From: Octopus sinensis
Taxonomy: Eukaryota
Direction: 5' to 3'
Length of the DNA: 64,000 bases
Assembly: GCF_006345805.1 (NCBI RefSeq)
Contig: NC_043007.1
Location: 3,224,001 to 3,288,000 of the forward strand
Shown here: piece after piece, positions 55,905-64,000 of the stretch
Layout: each line of letters opens with the position of its first letter
Numbering within the stretch: the stretch's first letter is position 1
Position numbers and translations under genes: made by a program
Notes under the pieces: model-generated
The model's database searches: none
What the model was told of the DNA's origin: nothing
What the model saw: only the letters and a program-made list of their open reading frames with translations

Positions 55905-56112
55905 GGGCGGCGAACTGGCGAAACACATTCTGCATCTGAAGAAGTCCATTGCGGTATTTGTTTCGACACTTTACGTTCTGTTGGCAAAATCCCACCGAGA
56001 CCCCTTTTAGGTTTCATCCTTCGGGTTGTGATAAAATATAGTAACAGTCAAGTCCTAGGGGCCTTATCAACTGATGACTTCCACTAATTTTGCTGACCTT
56101 ATGCATAAATTA
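55905..56112 (+). mobile_element. SINE family A, degenerate
   Basis: ggggcggcgaactggcgaaac...ctttacgttctg...tttcatccttcggg...gataaaatata. Confidence 0.6.
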
Positions 56113-56255
56113 GAAGCTATTATTATGATTGTAATCATATGGGCAAATACGTGGTGCAACAATCCCTGAAATGTATAGGAAATAATATTTTATTTCAGAG
56201 ATGTACTTGCATAGCGAGTGACTTGATGTGAGATCGTGTGCTGGAACGAAAACAG

Positions 56256-56576
56256 TTGCAGCGTGGAAGGTGTTTATAAGCCATTTAAGAAACACACAAA
56301 AACCGTTAAATTCACTTCAACATTTAAATTTAATTCGTCAAAATATTTCGTCGCTTTGAAACCGCGACCTGTTCACTGACAAAATATTGTACTGCATCAC
56401 GAAGTTTTGTCAGTGAACAGGTCGCGGTGTCAAAGCGACGAAAATATTTTGACGAATTAAATTTAAATATTGAAGTGAATCTAACGGTTTTTGACAAATT
56501 TAATTTAAATGTTGAAGTGAATCTAACGGTTTTTGTGTGTTTCTTAAATGGCATATAAACACCTACCACGCTGCAA
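56256..56576. repeat. Fold-back inverted repeat with 20-nt spacer (PLE-like)
   Basis: Arms 56256-56384 and 56405-56576; the right arm has an internal ~40-bp tandem duplication (ttaaat.ttgaagtgaatctaacggtttttg x2). Confidence 0.93.
56406..56457 (+). ncRNA. Minimal hammerhead motif with swapped G3-C8 pair
   Basis: uuuguca-GUGAACA-g-gucgc(ggugucaaa)gcgac-GAAA-auau-UU-ugacgaa; 7-bp stem I, 5-bp stem II, perfectly palindromic stem III AAUAUU. Confidence 0.6.
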
Positions 56577-57917
56577 TTTTTATATTATTTCAATTCTCGA
56601 GTAATTCAACGTCTTTGCGGAAAGTAACGTTAGTAAGATCAACTAAGTGAATGGCCAAATTGCATGCTTCTTGGTGTGTAGGCAGAATAGAATTATTTAA
56701 AGACTAAACAACTCAGTGTTAGCCTGCATGTAAATAACAGTTAAGTTATTGCTGCCATATTTAATGCAGCATTATTACCTGAAGTCGCTGAGGCCTGAGA
56801 ATCCTGTGTCCCAACAGGGAATAATTTGTAACATAAGCATCAGGCGAAGCATTTCTAGGAAGTAGTTGTTTCTTAATCGTACGGAGGCCGCTGCATGAAC
56901 GATATTTGAAGGGAAATGGATGGCTGATAAGTAATGTGGATTCAAAGAGAATTTGAACACAGAGCCAGGATGTACGCAGGTATGGTTGCGCATTGTAGCG
57001 CGTTTAATACGTAATTATTCATGTAAACCACTATTCCTGGATGATACATGAAGAAGAAGAAGAAGAAGAAGAAGAAGAATGCAATTAGCCCTCTTTAAGA
57101 TTTTATGTGCGTGCATGTCTGTATGTGGCTTTTTGTTGTTTTCTTTAATTATCTTTAAAGGTGGGGTAAAATATTCAATTATAATGTATATTTGCATAAA
57201 TTAGATTTTAGTTCATAACATAACACAATCATTTGAAAAGATAAGGAAAGCAATTCCTCTCAGATAATCCATGGATGACGAAGATGGAATTACACCACGC
57301 GATATAGATTCTGCATTTTATTGCTGTTGTTCTCATTATTATTACTATTGATGTTCTTGTTTTATGTTGTTGTTGTTATTATGCCAGAAAATATAATGTG
57401 TTTGTGCGTGTGTATTGTACACACACGCACACACAGAGGCACATAACATTTCGGTAGCAGGATAATACAAAACAATACTTCTTCATATCACTCAGTTAAT
57501 TAGACTAGAACAATTAACGCCTGCTTAAGGATTTTGCTAAAGAAACCATTCAGATAAGAATAGAGGTGAGAGGCTGTGGGCGTCGAGGAGTGTGTTTACG
57601 CTGCGTACTTCATTGCGAGTATCGAAGTAGGAATTTGTTTGTTTGTATGACTATGTACGTCTCCGTGTGTGTGTGTCTGTGTGGTGTGTGTGTGTGTGCA
57701 TACAATCCTCACATATTTCTAGATATTTCTCTCACCATTAATTGCTTGCAGAGTGATATGCAAATGTATTAAGGAGAACATGCGTGGATGCGTGCAGATT
57801 AGTGAGAAGGCAATCATGTATTTATGAGTGCGAGTATGTGGGAAAGTACGTAGGTGTGCATGTGTGGACGTATGTATGTATGTGTGTGTATATAGATATA
57901 TATAAGTATGCTATAAA

Positions 57918-57968
<51 letters not shown>

Positions 57969-58265
57969 TGAATATGTGTATGCATGTGTGTGGCATGCAT
58001 GCATGTATCTATGTGTGCATGTTTATATACATGTACAGTTTTGCATGAATGAATAATTTTTTCTCTGTAAACATGTGGTCCAAGGAGCGTCTGCAAGAAA
58101 TAATACATTTAAAATGTTATATATATACATGTTATATATCTATATATATATATATATATATATATATAGATATATTTACATATATATATATATATGTAAT
58201 GTATATATATGTATATATATATATATATGGAGATGTGGATGTGTGTGTGTGTGTGTGTAAATATA

Positions 58266-58715
58266 CGGTTCTGATCGAGATCGATAATTGTCCGGACTGT
58301 TGCCGTAGTAACGAAGGTAAAGCACGCAGAGTAAAGTCAGATTGACATTGAACTCTGATGCCAAATTTTGGCATCAAATTTCGGCAAAACCTTGGCAATA
58401 CCTGTTGAGTACCCTGCGCAGATTTTTCAAAATATTGTCATAGTTACTGCCACAATCAAGGAGATCTTGTGTGACTGAAACCCAAGTGTCTTTTTGGTCA
58501 GCAAAAAGCCGTTTTGATACAAACTTAGCAGACCGCGTCTCATACCTAAATCTTCAGTGACTGAACTGAACTGTAACTAATCTGCACATCCTCTGATAAC
58601 TCACATATGGTGATTCGACGATTTCCCCTCACAGCTGCGTACACATCTGCAATGTTTTTCTCAGTTCTGGGTGGGGTCTCCCAGAACGTTCGTCAATAGC
58701 GACATTTTTCGGCCA
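58266..58715. mobile_element. Mariner relic with internal inversion
   Basis: Plus strand IKFRQNLGNTC (N-terminal) at ~58373-58405; minus strand 58421-58715 gives IDERSGRP, RTEKNIADV..VRGNRRITICELSEDVQISYSSVQS, TEDLGMRR and SAKFVSKRLFADQK. Confidence 0.85.
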
Positions 58716-58744
58716 TCTTGCAAATATCAGAACTACTCTTATAA

Positions 58745-58790
58745 CCAGCATCGGTTGTCAAGCAATGCTAGGGGGACAAACACAGACACA

Positions 58791-58872
<82 letters not shown>

Positions 58873-59035
58873 CGACAGGCTTCTTTCAGTTTCCGTCTAC
58901 CAAATCCACTCACAAGGCATTGGTCGGCCCGGGGCTATAGTAGAAGGCACTTGCCCAAGGTGCCACGCAGTGGGACTGAACCCGGAACCATGTGGTTGGT
59001 TAGCAAGCTACTTACCACACAGCAACTCCTGCGCC

Positions 59036-59036
<1 letters not shown>
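58745..59036 (-). mobile_element. SINE family B, 3'-truncated
   Basis: ggcttctttcagtttccgtctaccaaatccactcacaaggc...ccaaggtgccacgcagtgggactgaacccggaaccatgtgg. Confidence 0.9.
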
Positions 59037-59063
<27 letters not shown>

Positions 59064-59066
<3 letters not shown>

Positions 59067-59558
59067 GATAAAACGGTAAGATAACAAAAGAAAGAAAGAG
59101 ACCTCAATATTATGTAAATAGAGGAAATTTATCTATACAATATGTTACATTACTCGGTAGTCAAGATAAAACTCTGAGTTTCAGATGCCGAAGTGGAAAT
59201 CCACAACCTTTTCATAGAATAATCTATGTGATATGCGTCCATATTAGATTCTTTTGTTGGAGAGTCCTCAACCGATGTTAGGCGATAACCCCAGAAAGGT
59301 CGTATTAGCTCTTAGTTGAGAATAACGTCGTCCGGGAGGTGATTTATTGATAAAACGGTAAGATAACAAAAGAAAGAAAGAGACCTCATATTGTGTAAAT
59401 AGAGGAAATGTTATCTATACAATATGTTACATTACTCGGTAGTCAAGATAAGACTCTGAGTTTCAGATGCCGAAGTGGAAATCCACACCTGTGATTTCCA
59501 CTTCGGCATCTGAAACTCAGAGTTTATCTTGACTACCGAGTAATGTAACATATTGTAT

Positions 59559-59563
<5 letters not shown>
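59064..59563. mobile_element. Direct-plus-inverted repeat arrangement (PLE pseudo-LTR architecture)
   Basis: ~140-bp direct repeats at 59064-59205 and 59346-59485; the second folds back onto 59493-59563 (71-72-bp arms, 9-nt loop). Confidence 0.75.
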
Positions 59564-59610
<47 letters not shown>

Positions 59611-59613
59611 TAC

Positions 59614-59647
<34 letters not shown>

Positions 59648-60060
59648 ATATATACATACATGTATGAAGATACATACATATATATATATATATATGTACA
59701 TTAAATTTATGTCCTCATCTGATATATATTGTTGTGTGTGTGTGCGTGTGTTAAGAACACATTTAAGGAGGTGCTTTATCGATTCACCAAAGTGCATTGG
59801 AGCCGTGACCAGGAGGAAGTGACTTCGTCAGACGGTGTCCATCGTCCATCGGGTGTCGTGAACCTGAACCGTACCACCGTTTCTTTGGTGGGTCATCAGA
59901 GGTGACCAAGTCACTGCTCCTCAACCCCTCCTGGCTTCCAGCTTAACTCTCTATATATACATATATGTGTGTGCGTGTGTGTGTAATATGTATTATACAT
60001 TTGAGAGTATATAATATCTATATATATATATATATTATATATATATATATATATACATTA

Positions 60061-60300
60061 GGCGCAGGAGTGGCTGTGGTGGTAAGTAGCTTGCTAACCA
60101 ACCACATGGTTCCGGGTTCAGTCCCACTGCGTGGCATCTTGGGAAAGTGTCTTCTGCTATAGTCGCGGGCCGACTAATGCCTTGTGAGTGGATTTGGTAG
60201 ACGGAAACTGAAAGAAGCCTGTCGTATATATGTATATATATATATGTAGTGTGGTGTGTGTGTGTGTGTGACTGAAACAAGTAAAAGAGAAAAGAGAAAG
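60061..60300 (+). mobile_element. SINE family B, internally deleted
   Basis: Head and CORE-like domain, microsatellite, then directly tgactgaaacaagtaaaagag. Confidence 0.88.
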
Positions 60301-60374
60301 AGAATATATACATACACACGCACACACATATATATACTGAGAGGGATAGATAGATACATGCATACATACATACG

Positions 60375-60406
<32 letters not shown>

Positions 60407-60807
60407 CTGTGAGGGATCGATAGATAGATACATACATACATACATACATACATACATACATAGGCACAGACAGATATAGACAGACAGATGGATGGAAACG
60501 TCAATGTAATACACACAGGCAAAAATAATTAAGCAGTCATATATATTCACACGCACAAATTGTAATGAAAGAATATTACAGTGACGTCATATGAAATATC
60601 TACTTTTTTATCGGAACAGCTTTCAGTGTCTACAACTTTGACAACGAAGAGTATTCTAACTTGAAAGACAACTTTATAATTAGAGTTTTATTGTGTTGCA
60701 TTATTTATTTTGTTATTGTTCAATAAAAATTAACAGATTTTAATGACAAATTACGACCGCACTTTCTGTAATTAGATATATATGTTCATCTAATCAGTAT
60801 TATCCCT

Positions 60808-60813
60808 CTCAAC

Positions 60814-60846
<33 letters not shown>

Positions 60847-60867
60847 CAACAACAACAACAACAACAA

Positions 60868-60917
<50 letters not shown>

Positions 60918-60940
60918 GTAATAATAATAATATTAATAAT
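60808..60940. repeat. (CAA)n/(TAA)n microsatellite
   Basis: Directly visible. Confidence 0.95.
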
Positions 60941-61039
60941 TGGTTTTAAAAAAATAAATATGGAATATTATAGTACTTCATGCTGCCATCGCCATAAATG
61001 TAATTAAAACTTTCATCTGAATTCTTCATTATTGTCTTC

Positions 61040-61376
61040 GCCGATCTTTTCATGACCACCCCTCACTATCATTGTCAACATCGTTATCATCAACATTAAC
61101 ACTTTTATCATCATCACCATCACCCATCGTTCCCATCGTCCCACCGTCGCTGCCACTAACATCGTCATCACTGTCGTCACCATTACTATCATCATCATCA
61201 TCATCATCATCATCGTCCTCATCAACACCACCACCACCACAACCACCACCACTATCACCACCATCATCATTGTGATCATCATCATCAACACCACCACAAC
61301 GACCACCACTATCATCATCATCATCAACAACACCACCACAACGACCACCACTATCATCATCATCATTGTGATCATC

Positions 61377-61407
<31 letters not shown>

Positions 61408-61435
61408 TCGCCATCATCATCGTCATCATCGCCGC

Positions 61436-61470
<35 letters not shown>

Positions 61471-61472
61471 AC
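61040..61472. repeat. Compound (CAT)n/(CAC)n trinucleotide repeat
   Basis: Directly visible; open in several frames, as expected for triplet repeats. Confidence 0.9.
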
Positions 61473-63759
61473 ATCATTTAAAACACGTTTGTATTTCATT
61501 TATAATAACTTTAGAATTTACAGATTATAACATTGTGCTTGACACAACTAATAAATTGCAATTTATTCCTGTCATTCCAATCGCAATTATCCATTTTTCA
61601 GTAAAATCACTATTTGGAAGATTCAAGAGGTAATTCCTTGCCTCTCTGTCATTTATTTATTTTGGGTTTCGGATTGCATATCCGAAATAATTTCCAACAT
61701 ATTCTAGTCCCAATTCAACATCGAAGTTGTTTCAGAAACTGGTACACTTATTAACATAACCTTCTTCGTGCGTGCCATATACTACAGACTAGGGCGACCA
61801 ATTGTCTAAGTCAACAGAGCATCGGTTTTTGCAGTGGTCGTTCTGGCTCTCCATGCTCTGCTTTAAAATACCGTAGAAGTCATTTAGATTTCACTAAATA
61901 AGGAAGGTGTTTCCTACTTGGGTCGAATCTTATATTTTTCTAAAAACAAACAGCTAACAAGGTAACTGCCAAATGTTCAATTCTCTTCTTTCGATATGAC
62001 TCTTATCATATCACGATTGGTATTACTCATTAAGAGGACGCAGCAATTGGGAACAAATTATAAATACAACATACAGGGAGATGATAACGATGAAGCGACA
62101 TGAATACGAATCTTGATACGTTGACCTGTCTGTCCTAACACGTCTTCATAAATGCATAAACATAAACATAGATAGATATAGATATAGATTTATATTGCTC
62201 ATATATAAATACACACACACACACACGTGTGTGTGTATGTTTGTGTGCGTATGCATATATGTACAGCACCAACAGTCGCCAGTAGATTCTCTCACATATA
62301 TATATATGTGTGTGTGTGTATGTGTGTATACACGTATATATATACGTATATATATACGCATATATAATACAATATATATACGTACATATATATATATGTA
62401 TGTATATATATATATATATAAGGAAACCAGACAGAGATGATTACATATTAGTAACACTATATATTACGCCGGAGTTTATTATTGCGCATCCATTACGTAA
62501 TCATATATTGGTTTCTCCGCCGACAGAGAATCAGTAAATATGTTAAACGAGGAAATTCAATGTTATCGATTACTTGTAGTAGGGTAGTACATATTCTATC
62601 GATCCTGAGAAGATGATAAGAGGCAAAGTTGAATCGGTTGGATTTCAAATCAGGACGTACAGGCAAGTTATTAAATATGGCAGACTTCAATCAGACACTC
62701 TACCGGTTTTTACAAATCCAACATCGTTTTATGAATTTATATTACGACAGAGATACACTTTTGCTATGGACATAAACTTTGTAATAATAAACCATTTAGT
62801 AAATATGTTGTATTGCCATTAATATGGAAGCATCTCTCTCTCTCTCTCTTTCTTTCATTTTCTATACAAATATGTGTGTTTGCATATATGTTTGCGAGTG
62901 CGTTTGTATCATTCTATGTAGATATACAGATATGTGTGTGCGTGCACGTACATATGATATAGAGTATTTGCGACTTGCACTGCATTCTGGTCATTTGTGA
63001 AGTTATATACGATGCATAAATATAGCAATGTAGTACACATGGTTATATATGAGACTGGAGACAATATAATCTGGTATAATGTACTCTGTGTCCAGGAAAT
63101 TCTATGAGAAACAACACTTACACATACACACAAACACACATACACAGTTGCAGGGACACTGATATTTTATAGTCTGTCACCGAAATAAGGGAAGAATTAT
63201 CAACATAATGTATAGAGTAGAATGCTTTGTTAAACTGGATTCATTTTCTCGTAACTGTTCAACATCCTTGCAATCAGTAGACGTTCTCCATTTTGCTCCT
63301 GAGGTTCATTTTTATATACAGGTTGAAATGATTTCATTCTTTTGCGTGGTTCAGTCTTTTACATGAGCCAGTTCCTTATTTGTGATTTAGAGTAGCTTAT
63401 GTTTACTATTCATCTGTTTTTCTCTTTTCATTGGTCGACTTCACATTTATTTCCAGATTGTCACTTACTTTTCACTCATGTCTTTTCACACGTGACATAT
63501 TTACAGAGTGTAAGGGTAGAATTGAATGCGACTGGAGTTAAGCTCACAAGAGTTCGACAAAAAACGTTTTGAGAAATGCTGAAAATGAATCTGACATCTA
63601 ATTGTACGTACGTATTATTTTTTGCCATCAGACGTAATATTATTCTTTTATATGTTGCAGCCCTGAGACTGTGGCCATGCTGGAACACTGCCAGTGCATT
63701 ACTTCAACATTATGTTATATATAAGTGGGTCTTTTTGTCTGTGTTTCTTTGCCACTACT

Positions 63760-63937
63760 AGTTGACAGACGGCGTTGGTTTGTTTACGACCCCGTACACT
63801 AGCGTTTTAGCTTAGGAAGCCGATAAAATATCAGGCTTTAGAAAAGGACTGGGATTGTTTCGTTCGACTAAAACTCTTCAAGGCGGTGCCACAGCATGGC
63901 CGCAGTTCAATGACTGAAACAAGTGAAAGATAAAAGA
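63760..63937 (+). mobile_element. SINE family B 3' half, degenerate
   Basis: gtttacgaccccgta...aaggcggtgccacagcatggccgcagttcaatgactgaaacaagt. Confidence 0.75.
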
Positions 63938-64000
63938 TAGATGCCGAGACAAAAGGAAACAGCGACAGAGTTCAAAGTAGAGAAATACATCTTCAGTTTA

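Noticed and set aside
56775-56993. Possible host exon (donor-like CAG/GTAATA on minus, CAG/GTATGG on plus)
   Set aside because: No recognisable peptide in any frame and no partner exons; it cannot be supported without transcript data.
61013-61499. Asp/Gly-rich 149-aa ORF resembling an acidic biomineralisation protein
   Set aside because: It lies entirely in a (CAT)/(CAC) repeat that is open in multiple frames on both strands, with no signal peptide or non-repetitive domain.

Overview
AT-rich, microsatellite-saturated eukaryotic non-coding DNA. The SINE repertoire resembles what I recall of octopus/cephalopod genomes; this is an inference, with no database search run. I recognise no host protein-coding gene, rRNA, intact tRNA or CRISPR array, and nearly all ORFs in the supplied track are translations of microsatellites. 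The window holds about 30 tRNA-derived SINE copies of four head/body types (here called A-D), several Tc1/mariner relics, a 5'-truncated R4/Dong-type (restriction-like endonuclease) retroelement inside a (TAA)n tract, and CR1-like and RTE-like LINE 3' fragments. The most notable signal is seven long inverted repeats (arms about 70-180 bp) plus related dispersed repeats. Several fold into minimal type I hammerhead ribozyme motifs of the kind known from Penelope-like element (PLE) terminal repeats, and each family has a different catalytic core: canonical CUGAAGA at 6325-6367, a G3-C8 swapped GUGAACA at 56406-56457, and U6, U9 and GAAU variants. None of these is shown to be active; all are secondary-structure predictions made by eye.
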